Assembly: GCF_021028975.2 (NCBI RefSeq)
Contig: NC_059427.1
Location: 135,284,001-135,348,000, forward strand
Reading direction: 5' to 3'
DNA from: Sphaerodactylus townsendi
Taxonomy: Eukaryota
Length of the DNA stretch: 64,000 nt
Shown: piece by piece, positions 1 to 9,829 of the stretch
Position numbering within the stretch: the first letter of the stretch is position 1
Layout: each line of letters starts with the position of its first letter
Notes under the pieces: generated by a model
Told to the model about the DNA's origin: nothing
The model's input: the letters and a program-made list of their open reading frames with translations, nothing else
Database searches by the model: none
Made by a program: the position numbers and the translations under genes

Positions 1-298
1 ACAGAGAAGTAGTTGAAGGGTTTGAAATCTAAAGAAAACAGTAGATTGAAACCACCAGAATATCCTTAAGAAAAAATTGTTCAATCAATGTCTTAACCAT
101 ATGTGCATGATCCTAGAAATAAGGTTTAATCAAAGATGAGATACCTGGAAGTCAATATATGATGAAAGTCAAGATATGATATTGACACATATGATATTGA
201 CACATATGATGATGTGTCAATATGAGTTGTGTTTTTTATGGTTGTATGTTTTGTTTGTTTTGTATGTGAGAAAATAAAAATTAAAACATTTTTAAAAT

Positions 299-455
299 CC
301 AGACAGTAAATTTCCACCAATAATTTAAGCCCATTATTGCGAGTTCTGTCCTCTGCTGCCAACAGGAACAGCTCCTTGCCCTCCCCTGGGTGACAGCCCT
401 TCAAATGCTTAAAGAGGGCAATCATGTCCCTGCTCAACCTCCTCTTCTCCAGACT
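299..455 (-). mobile_element. CR1 LINE ORF2 C-terminal fragment
   Basis: Translates to LSLEKRRLSRDMIALFKHLKGCH...RTRNNGLKL, a typical CR1 ORF2 end. Homologous to 16.9-17.2 kb. Confidence 0.85.
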
Positions 456-1086
456 GAGATCCAGCTGTTGTTGCACATAAGACACTCAAAAACTTACTTC
501 AAATAGCCTAAGATAGCTCACATGTATTGTGATTACATTTTCAAAACCTCAGCAGCAAACAGGAGTCAAGCAGCTCAGTCTTCAAAGTATTTAATGCTGA
601 GGGACAACCCTGCCAACCCATTTTTAATAGCCTACTAGTGGATATTCATAGTGCTGAAATATAATCATGTTGGCACTGAGCTCACTTCTGGGAAACTCAA
701 TCCTTTATGCCTTCCTGGTTACAAAAGAAGGGCCTTTCTCCTTGCTAGAAGCCCTCATTCCCTTTAAGAGGCTATCTATGTTTTTCTTGCTGCTGTTAGC
801 TGCCTTTTGATATCTCATCTCCATTATTCTGTAATTCAGTTTACAAAGTGCTGAATGATATAGGATTGAGCTATAAATGATCCTTTGTCCACAGTCTTTC
901 CAACTGAAGAAACTGTGACAGTTCTGTTTACTCTAAAGTCCCACTGAGTTCACTGGAATCTTCTTCCTGGTACTACATAAACATCAGGATTACTTAGACC
1001 TATTTTTCTTTAAAAGTTTTATGCTTGTATTATTTTTTTAGGTTCTGCCTGTGACACTCTTCTCACAAAGAGACACCTTTGGTACA

Positions 1087-1516
1087 GGCAGTCTAATCCA
1101 GATTTTTTTTTTTGGGGGGGGGGGGGGGGAGAACAGTCACTGGAATAGGTGTGAGCTTGCACTGACACGTTTGCCCTCCTGGCTGGCATAAATAGCACCG
1201 ATGCTGGCTAGGAAAGTAAACAGTAAAGCAGTAGGTGTCACAGAGCTCAGTGACCCGTGGCCTGCTTCTGGCTGCAAATTCTGGAGTTGTGCTGGCTTAA
1301 CAGGGAAGCCAGAGTAGGTGGGGGCATTCTGGGGGCATTCCTGGAAACAGAGCCAACATTAGGCTTTGGCCCTGGGAACACTGGTGGTGAGAGAATCAGT
1401 CCATTTAGCCCTATGGAGGGCTTTTCAGGCAGCTGAAGGATTTTGAGTTTTTCTAGCCTCTGCATGCTGCCTCCAGAGGGCTTCCCCGGCTGCTTCGCCG
1501 TCTAGATTGGGCTGTT
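1087..1516. mobile_element. Non-autonomous DNA transposon with CAGCCCAATCC-type TIRs (Harbinger-like)
   Basis: Ends GGCAGTCTAATCCAGA...TCTAGATTGGGCTGT. Internal sequence shared with the element at 41925-43935. Confidence 0.6.
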
Positions 1517-2231
1517 AATGTGGTATCATCTGCTTGCATTTTCTCTCCCAGTGATGACACAAAGGCAATTATGTAATGGAATAGGCAGCATCTAAAAAAA
1601 TACTTGTTCAGCTGCATGAATGATACTAGGCAAAGAAAGAAAAATGTACAGATATTTATGAAATATTATTTTTTTAGCTAGGCATCAGAGAGTCAGAGAG
1701 CAACTGAATTATAGCAAGGGAAAATTTAATTTACACTTGGAAGGTCAGCTTGTACTGCACTCTCTTCTAACCTTGAATACGTTTTCAAGGCGAAAAAATG
1801 TTATGAATGCTCTGTGCAGTTGCTGCAGCATGAGTGGGAAAAGTAAGGGAAGAAGATCAGTGCAGATGAGCAAACAAGAGAATAGATTACAATTTACAGC
1901 ACCTGGGTTAATTAATTGAAAGGATGGACTAATTGATATCTGTTTTTGAAAAGGGCCTCAAATTGCTGTATTGATAAGGTAATTTACAATCTTTTCTTCA
2001 GTTACAAGAACGTAAAATTATAGTGATCGATAAGGTTTGCTTTACTTAACTATCACTTTATTTTCAGATTAAATGAGCTGAAACTATTAGAACAAGAGAC
2101 TAGTATAAAAAACCTCTTGCATTAATTCATTCTCAAGTTAAGACCAAAACATTGTATGTCTTCTATCTAGACAGACAATATGACATTTATTCTGTTTACA
2201 AAATAAAGAAATAAGGCACATTGTCACGTAC

Positions 2232-2461
2232 CAAAAAGCAGTATCATGAAGACCCATGACCATTAAAAATTCCTTCAACTTCTTTTCCTTTTCTGCCACA
2301 ATATGGGTTGCCAAATAACAGCCAAAAGGTGAAAATGCAATTACTAGGTAAATTAAAATGATTGCACGAGCAAAGTTATCTATTTCCATAATGGCAGACT
2401 TTCCCATCATGACAGCATTTGTAAATTCCAGGTCTTCCAAAACTGAATGATTAGTGTGCAA
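2232..2461 (-). CDS. ABCA5: ABCA5 coding exon 5 (230 nt): LHTNHSVLEDLEFTNAVMMGKSAIMEIDNFARAIILIYLVIAFSPFGCYLATHIVAEKEKKLKEFLMVMGLHDTAFW; the gene continues beyond the left edge
   Basis: Polypyrimidine tract and tag acceptor at 2462-2463, TG|gtacgt donor. Contains ABCA5 hallmarks IYLVIAFSPFG and HIVAEKEKK...MGLHDTAFW. Confidence 0.96.
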
Positions 2462-2554
2462 CTAAAAAAGAGAGAGAAAATATTAAAATCAATTTGTGTA
2501 AGAATGTCAAAGGCACTGGCAGCTATGAAACATCAAGCAAAAGCCATTCTAGAC

Positions 2555-2672
2555 CAGGGGTCTGCAACCTGTGGCTCTCCAGATGTTCATGGACTACAAT
2601 TCCCATGCAGGAAGGGGCTGATGGGAATTGTAGTCCATGAACATCTGGAGAGCCACAGGTTGCAGACCCTTG
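2555..2672. mobile_element. hAT (Charlie-like) palindromic MITE
   Basis: Near-perfect 118-bp fold-back with CAGGGGTCTGCAACC termini and a perfect 8-bp TSD TTCTAGAC (2547-2554 and 2673-2680). Confidence 0.9.
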
Positions 2673-3593
2673 TTCTAGACTAAGAGTAAATTGACATGTA
2701 AAGCACTGATTTGATGATGATGATGATTGTTATTATAAATAAATACACATATAAATTTATATATGTATTTTAATAAATACATATATAAATAATACAATAA
2801 TTCAAAAGAAAAAGAAAAATACCATAATACATGATATATTCAAAACTAATTACTTAATTCATTTTCTAAATACAAGGCAGTCACACTAAGTTTAGCAGCC
2901 CCAACTAAAGGGGAGGGAGAATCCACCACTGAATGCCGTGTTGGACTGCACCAGGAAACCACTGCTGCTAATATCTTATTATTTTATTTTAATTTCTAAA
3001 ATAAGTAACATAAATATATAAATGCCTGGCTTTAACATATTTTATACTCCTAATCCCAATGCCTGACATTATGAGTTTACATATCTATTTATCATTACTC
3101 GCTTTCCCTAACCCCCACAAAGGCATTAGGGAGGGGTCTGGCCAGGGAGGAACTGGATAGAGGAGACTCCACATCAGTTTGGGGAATTTCCCTGCCAGGG
3201 ACAGAAATAGATTGGCTTGAGCTTTCTCTCTTGCCCATTCTGAGGCCAACCTCTGCCGACGCATCCTGGACCCCCGCAAGATCAAAGCAGGGCGTGAAGG
3301 AGGAGTGGCTGGTGGCCAGGCATGCCTCATGGTGTGTTTTTGATATGCAGAGTTATACAACAGTTATACACAAAAATTGGCCATAGGTCTTTGAGTGTGT
3401 ATGTGGTGCCAAACTGGTACAGAAAGGAATGAAAAGAAAAAATATTGTATATCAATAGGTGAATGGGTAGTTTTTGGAAACCACATAGCATTCAGTCACA
3501 AAGCAAATTTATTTGCAAATCTTTTTAAAATAGAAATAAAACCCTTATCCTGTTAATATTTCAATCTTAGTGAATGATGATTATTGTATTTAC

Positions 3594-3691
3594 CTGTATA
3601 ATTGCTGCATCGAGACACATCTGCAGAGCTGTAAATCCAGAGCGTAAGTACTTTTCAGCTTCACATGTATTTGAAGGGTCTGGACAACTAG
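3594..3691 (-). CDS. ABCA5: ABCA5 coding exon 4 (98 nt): ASCPDPSNTCEAEKYLRSGFTALQMCLDAAIIQ
   Basis: tag acceptor at 3692-3693, CAG|gtaaat donor, frame closes correctly (2+96 nt). Contains the ABCA-family motif SGFxxLQxxIDAAII. Confidence 0.93.
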
Positions 3692-4680
3692 CTATAGAAA
3701 ATGAATGCAAATAACGTTACAAAATAAAAAATGAACATATTTTGTTCATTACCTTTTCAGAAGTACTGTTTTGTTTACATTAAGTTCCTGCATTAAAATT
3801 CTGATACAAAAAAGGGAGGGGGGCCAGAATCCATCCCCACTGTTAATTCTAGCCAGATCAGAAACTTGAGAGTAAGGCTTCTTTAACTAGTTTTGTAATA
3901 ACTCAACATCCCCAAAGCAAACTTTGGCCCACCCCTTAAATGGTTTATGAGGCTTTGGTTGTTAGGTCCTTTTGGGGTGCAGTATTTTTCTCCAGAATCA
4001 ATTGGCGGCTCTTGACCTTTGGGTTTTTTTGCAATTGTTCAAATGTTCTTTTGATGTCTCAGTAGTGTCAGGAAAGGACTAAGTGCCAATTGGAGCTTTG
4101 GGAATTGTGGGTTTGTTGATGTCTTTTGATTGTGAATGATTGCATGTGATTACAGATTCTTTATTCTGTATTGACAATACAATCTCTTGTTCTGCTTAAA
4201 AGGCACTCAAAGAAGCTTCATAAAATAGCTTCTAATAAATACACAATCAGCAAAGCAAACAAAAATAAGCAACAGAAACACTATGCTACTGCAAGTCACT
4301 CCTATGACTAAAACTGTTGGTAGAAGTAAGCAAGACACTGAGACCTCCAGTGATCATATTTCCTATATGCTTTCTCTATCTGGGCCAACAGTAATGCAGT
4401 GATGACAGGATCACATCAGGAAAACAGCACAGGAGGAAAGTTTTATACCTCCTTCCTTAGCATCAGGATTCCTATTTAATTTCCTAACAATTCCCATAAC
4501 TCAGGCAGTTGCTATAATCAGGAATTCTATCTAATTTGGCCCTAAAATCTTACCAATTTTATATTCATTTCCTTGTATAAAAATGCAGATTAAAATCTTA
4601 AGCATCTTATATAACCTTAAGGAACAATAGTCCTGTCTCTTTCTGACTGTTTTATTTTGCTAATAAATTCTTCAAGTCTT

Positions 4681-4860
4681 CTGGCTGTTGTGAGTTTTCT
4701 GGGCTGTGTGGGCATGGTCTGGTAGTTTTTGCTGCTAACCTTTCGCTTACATCTATGGCTAGCATCTGAAAAAAGGTTAAGAGCAAAAACTACCAGATCA
4801 TGGCCACACAGTCTGGAAAACTCACAACAGCCAGTTGATTCTGGCCGTGAAATCTTCCAA
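4681..4860. mobile_element. Penelope-like element terminal-repeat fragments in inverted arrangement
   Basis: Fold-back of CTGGCTGTTGTGAGTTTT...AAAACTCACAACAGCCAG. Same family as 27.8 kb and 34.3 kb. Confidence 0.75.
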
Positions 4861-4947
4861 GTCTTTATTGTGAACTTGGTGACATGTAGCAAAACAAGCA
4901 CAACTTTATAAATTAAGTTATAAGAATATGAACATATGAATTCTTAC

Positions 4948-5109
4948 CTGTTGTTTCTACATAACTTGCAGATAATGGAATCACAGTAGGAGGAAATCTG
5001 AGATAGTAGGACATGGAATCCTTGAAAACTACTCCCACAAAGTTTGAGGGTCTATGAAGACTAGCCTTTTGCAAGTCTTCTTCAGTGAAAAATTCTTCTG
5101 TAATAATTC
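4948..5109 (-). CDS. ABCA5: ABCA5 coding exon 3 (162 nt): GIITEEFFTEEDLQKASLHRPSNFVGVVFKDSMSYYLRFPPTVIPLSASYVETT
   Basis: cag acceptor, G|gtaag donor, phase 1-1. PSNFVGVVFKDSMSY is identical to the recalled ABCA5 sequence. Confidence 0.95.
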
Positions 5110-5978
5110 CTGCAAAAGATTCAAATTATTCCCAACACTCTCTTCTGTATCAACAGTAATGCAATACTATATTTAACTGCTCTCTTCATTCACTGGCCTA
5201 AACTATGAGCCTGCTGAGTCAGGGTATCTCAAGTTCTGCAGTTGGATGGGAACCCCTGAATTTAATACCTACTCAAGTCGAAGTGATGTGAGAATATAGT
5301 GTTTTTCTAAGAGGAACAGCTTTCTTACATTAGCAAAACAAGAGAATCTATTTCTTTTCCTTTCCTTGTACAATTAAATTATATAGTTCAGTGTTCCACA
5401 CCTTGCACATGGTGCAAGTTTCTTACATTCAAGAAATATCACATCTTGAAGGGATAGATGCCAAGTGACCTGTTCACGTGGCTACGGCAATAGAAATGGA
5501 CTAACACTGAAGACTTCCTCTTCTTGGTCTGCAGCAAAAAGAGAAATGCATAACACAAAGAGGCATTCTTCTAGCACAGAGCCCCGGCAGAACATCAGGG
5601 ACAAGAAGGAACACAGTTCTAACTCAGTGGGAGAGAACTTTTAATGATTTCACAACTGGCTGCTTAGATTCAATTAAGAGGAAACAAAACTCGTCCTGCT
5701 TAGTTAAATGTGGACCCTAATATACTGCTGAGATGGATGTGCAAGGTGTTCAGTGTCCTTGTATTATTAGATTCATGGTCAGTACAGCCAAAATCTGAAA
5801 AAAAGGTCAACGACTTTTAAAATTTTAGTCTTTAAAAAAAGAGAGAAGTTCTATTGCACAAAGATACCAGATGTGCTTACAGCCAGTATGATGACCGTAA
5901 CTTCCAGACAAATATAGGGGAGGGGGGGAGCCCAAGACAAATTTATACAATCATTGAGGAACATTAAGATTCACATAC

Positions 5979-6183
5979 CTTCTTCAAAGCATTCAGAAGA
6001 CATTTTGGTCATGCTTTTTCTTGTGAACGGTGTTATTGGAGTGAAGCCGACAATAAACTGAGAGATTTTTGGGTGAGCCACAGAACCAAGATTTTTATCT
6101 GGAACCTCCTCATATTTCTTGCTTGGATACATCATGCTCATTAATACGAGCCAAAATAAAAAGAAAATTGGAAGCAGAACTTC
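5979..6183 (-). CDS. ABCA5: ABCA5 coding exon 2 (205 nt): EVLLPIFFLFWLVLMSMMYPSKKYEEVPDKNLG...ECFEE (TM1 and start of extracellular domain 1)
   Basis: tag|GAA acceptor, G|gtatgt donor, open frame in phase with neighbouring exons. Matches ABCA5 EILFPLFFLFWLILISMMHPNKKYEEVP. Confidence 0.95.
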
Positions 6184-6591
6184 CTACCAAAAAAGTATAT
6201 AAGTCAACATTGATAATAGTAAGAAAGTGACATTTAAAGCTGCAATTCTACTGCTAGTCCCACTAAAGACAATGGCTTTCAAATATACGTGACAAGCAGG
6301 ACAACAGTGTAACAGCAACACATCAATAAATAAATTCTGCTAGTGTTATCAAAGCATATTTATACATTAACTATGTAAGAGGCAGTTCTGCTTACACACT
6401 GTCCCCTCTAGAATAAAAGGCTGCTGCCCAGGAAGTAAACTGATGGCCACACCTCCAGCAACAATCAGCAATGCATTTAAAAATACGTGAGAACCTATCC
6501 AGACATTCACAATAGTATTTAAAGTATTCCAGTCTAAATCCATTGATTTCAATGGGCTTTGACAGGAGTAGATGCACAGGCCTGCACTATT

Positions 6592-6770
6592 GAATTTTTT
6601 GGCATCAAGTCACGGCTGACTATGGCAATTCCATGGGGTTTTCAAGGGAAGAGACCTTCAGAAGTGGTTTGCCACTGCCTGCCTTGGAGGTATTCTTTGG
6701 AGGTTTCCCATCCAAATACTTGGCCAGAGCTGACCCTGCTTAGCTTCTGAGATCTGATGAGATCAAGCTA
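6592..6770 (-). mobile_element. 5S rRNA-derived SINE (5S-Sauria-like)
   Basis: Reverse complement contains GATCTCATCAGATCTCAGAAGCTAAGCAGGGTCAG...AGTATTTGGATGGGA (5S box A/C region), followed by a Sauria/BovB-like tail. Confidence 0.8.
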
Positions 6771-7039
6771 ACAAGACAGAATATTAAAGTCAAATATTGT
6801 TTCACTGTTAAACGGTCATACATATTCATATTCATATATTAAATAAAAAGAGGGATTTACATAACTTTGGAGCTGCATGGGGAATAGTCCAAAGTTATGC
6901 AAATAACTTTTCATTGGTGGCTCTTTAGGGAAAAGGGAGATGGAGCAGAAGTGCTCCTCCTCTACTCATCCCTTCTGTCATCAGCAAAATCAGGTTCTCA
7001 AGCTTTTAAAGCAACATAGCCAACTGGACACTCAGGAGG

Positions 7040-7481
7040 TAAGGAAAGGGAGAGCTCAGGAAATATCCTTTTTGCAGTCCTCTGCACTTCGCCTAATGGT
7101 TTGACAGCCTCCCACCAACTGTCCGGGCCCTGCGGGACCTTGGTGAGTTCCGCAGGGCCTGTAAGACTGTGTTGTTCCACCGGGCCTTTGGAGTGTCCAG
7201 CCGCTGATATGGTGCCCCCCCACTGCTCCTGCTTTGGCACTGGTACAACAGAGCTCCTCATATTGAGGGGCCTGCCGTCCCCCCCTTCTTGGGGTGGGTT
7301 TTTAAATCGAGCCTCTTGTTTAATTTGCTAATTGTTAGCCGCTGTTTTTATGTATTTTAAGATGTTTTATTGACGGAGCCTATGTTTGTATTTTACCGGA
7401 TTTGCTCCTTTTTATTGTTTATATATTATGTTGTTCACCGCCCGGAGCCCTTTGGGGATCGGGCGGTATAGAAATTGAATA

Positions 7482-7566
<85 letters not shown>
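7040..7566 (+). mobile_element. LINE (L2-like) 3' end with a long (AAT)n tail
   Basis: Terminal stem-loop CACCGCCCGGAGCCCTTTGGGGATCGGGCGGTATA followed by an AAT microsatellite. 5' boundary approximate. Confidence 0.65.
7484..7566 (+). repeat. (AAT)n microsatellite
   Basis: Pure trinucleotide run of about 80 bp. Confidence 0.97.
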
Positions 7567-7569
<3 letters not shown>

Positions 7570-7662
7570 CAGATAACGGCAACAGTTTGAGGCTTGCTTG
7601 TCCTTCAATCAGGCAAGCTTCTCCATGAAGACTGATGTAGACCCAGATCCCTCCTCCTACTT

Positions 7663-8017
7663 CAGTGATGGCGAACCTTTTCGAGACCGAGTGCCCAAAT
7701 TGTAACCGAAAACCCACTTATTTATCGCAAAGTGCCAATGCAGCAATTTAACCTGAATAACCCCGAGCAGGGGCCAGCCTGCTGTAGCCTCCAGCAAGTC
7801 CCACATGCACCGCTCTGTGCCTCTCTAGAATCTCTGCTGCCAGGCTCCCTGCTCGCTGAGGTGCACGAGTATCAAGTTCAGCGGCCCAGGCCAGACTAGA
7901 TGTGTGTGTGTGGGGAGGCCGATTCCCCCCCCACATGACAAACTCTGTACGCGTGTGCCCACAGAGAGGGCTCTGAGTGCCACCTCTGGCACCCGTGCCG
8001 TAGGTTCATCACCACTG
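7663..8017. mobile_element. hAT non-autonomous transposon about 50 bp from the ABCA5 ATG-exon donor
   Basis: TIRs CAGTGATGGCGAACC / GGTTCATCACCACTG and a perfect 8-bp TSD TCCTACTT (7655-7662, 8018-8025). Confidence 0.9.
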
Positions 8018-8069
8018 TCCTACTTCCTCACATTACTCATAAATGTTAGCACACTGAGGATTCACTCAC

Positions 8070-8174
8070 CTGACTGCTACTCTTCTTAGTCCTCCATTTT
8101 ACCAGACAGTTCTTATATAAAAGAGCTCGGGTTTGCCTCCACACTCCTACTTCTCTTGGAGCTTCCATTGACAT
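8070..8174 (-). CDS. ABCA5: ABCA5 first coding exon (exon about 8070-8188 including a short 5'UTR part): MSMEAPREVGVWRQTRALLYKNCLVKWRTKKSSSQ
   Basis: Translation matches the recalled human ABCA5 N-terminus (MSTAIREVGVWRQTRTLLLKNYLIKCRTKKSSVQ). ATG at 8174, donor CAG|gtgagt after 8070, polypyrimidine tract and AG acceptor at 8189-8190. Confidence 0.95.
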
Positions 8175-8440
8175 TTTTTTACGTGTAGCTTATTTGACAA
8201 GAAAAAAAAAGTGCCTTTTATGTGCCAAACACTAATATTGTTTTAACCATTTAATAATGAACAATAATCTCCTACAGAAAATTCATAAAAAGTAAATTAA
8301 GTAAATTAATTACAAATTCAGAGGAAGAAATGGAAGTAAACCTGTATTTCGTCATATCACATTCTATGTATGAATAGCTGATTCTCACCATACAAGTGGT
8401 AGATATGACAGATCTAAATTTTATTTTCAGGACAAGGTTG

Positions 8441-8848
8441 ACAGCCCAATCCAGAGCTGCAGGCAGCCAGGGACAGCACCACTCCGGCACCACATCACCT
8501 CTTCCAAAGGGCTTCTCGCACTGTGGGAAGCCCACAAGGTTAAAAAAAGAGAACCCTTTAAATCCCCCATCGGGAAAAGCAGAGATACGCCATGATCTCT
8601 GAGGCCATGCCTGCCAGCGCAAGGGGACTGAATGGGCAGTGGAAGCCGATTAAGGTTGGCTCCAGCACCAGGAACACCCCTGTCACAGTGATGTAGCTCA
8701 GAATGCCAACATGGAGTTAGGCGACATGGCTGGGTGTCGACAGATTTGACCCTCCACCAGGGTAAGTGCCCTGGGATGGACAAATCTGCCAGCGAAACCC
8801 TGCGGCGTCTCCAGAGGGGATTCACACACCCGTCTAGATTGGGCTGCC
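8441..8848. mobile_element. Harbinger-like MITE (CAGCCCAATCC TIRs)
   Basis: ACAGCCCAATCCAGA...TCTAGATTGGGCTGCC, flanked by TGA on both sides. Confidence 0.7.
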
Positions 8849-9598
8849 TGAGACTTAACAGAACATTTATTACACATATACCATGAACTATAAATATACA
8901 GGCAGATAAAAAAACTAAAATACCTCACTTTTACTTTTGTGAGAACAACCCCCTATTTATATCACTATTATTCCTCAACAAATATGGATACCATGGATTG
9001 CCAATCTCACTGTTATGATTTTGGTCTATGACCACAAATAAATTGTTGTTGCTTCATAAGGAGTCTGTTGTGGAAAGAGGAAGGGAAGGAATTTGTAAGC
9101 TGCTTTGAGACTTCTTATGGTTGAGGAAAACAGGATATAAATTCAAACTCTTCTTCTCTTCTAATCTCAGCAGAGGCCATAAGCAGGCCCTTGGAAGATG
9201 GTTGGGTAGGTTCGTAAGGGAGTAGATCCTTCAGGTATGCTGGACCCAAGCTAGGTAGGGCTTCAAAGGTCGACAACAGCACTTTAAATTGTGTCCAGAA
9301 ACAGACTGGAAGTCAGTATAGATAGGTCAAGACTGGAGTAATGTGGTAACTGACCCAATGACCATCTTGATGCTGCACCATGTAGAGTGCATCAGAGTAA
9401 TCAGATCTAGCTGTAACAAGGGCATGCACAATTTTCTACTGGTAAAAGAGACTCCTGGCCCCAGTGGTCACCAGCTCGTCCAGTAGTAGGCCTGGGTCCA
9501 AGAACACTCCTAATCTGTGCGCCTGTTCTCTCAAAGGGAGTGGAGCCCGAACCAGTATGCATTGTTAGATCAGACTTTTCAAACAAATGTTGGGTTAC

Positions 9599-9829
9599 TA
9601 GGGTTGCAAACCTCCAGGTGGGGATTGGATATCTCCTGGAATTATAACTCATCTACGGGATACATCAATTGCTTATTATTTATTTATTTAAAACATGTAT
9701 TCTGCTGGAGAAAATGGCTGCTTCGGAAGGTGGATTGCATGACAAGGTCCTTCCACTCTCCAAACCCAACCCTCTTAGTATCTACCCTCAAATCTTCAGG
9801 TATTTCTGAACCCAGAGTTGGCAACCCTG
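9599..9829 (+). mobile_element. Abundant TAGGGTTGCCA-TIR MITE (hAT-like); further copies at about 20932-21142, 24008-24222 (-), 32645-32846, 41040-41246 (-), 54878-54980
   Basis: TAGGGTTGC(C)AACCTCCAGGTG...GGAGAAAATGGC...TTGGCAACCCT recurs at least five times in the window. Confidence 0.8.

Noticed and set aside
2138-2231. C-terminal tail of the 107-aa ORF (YVTMCLISLF...)
   Set aside because: Intron read-through past the ABCA5 donor at 2231.
6690-6770. 5S rRNA gene (also at 15.4, 22.46 and 63.4 kb) and tRNA genes (19.39 and 33.29 kb)
   Set aside because: Diverged partial heads fused to SINE bodies and tails; they are SINEs, not functional RNA genes.
7412-7717. Poly-leucine ORF
   Set aside because: It is the translation of the (AAT)n microsatellite plus hAT sequence.
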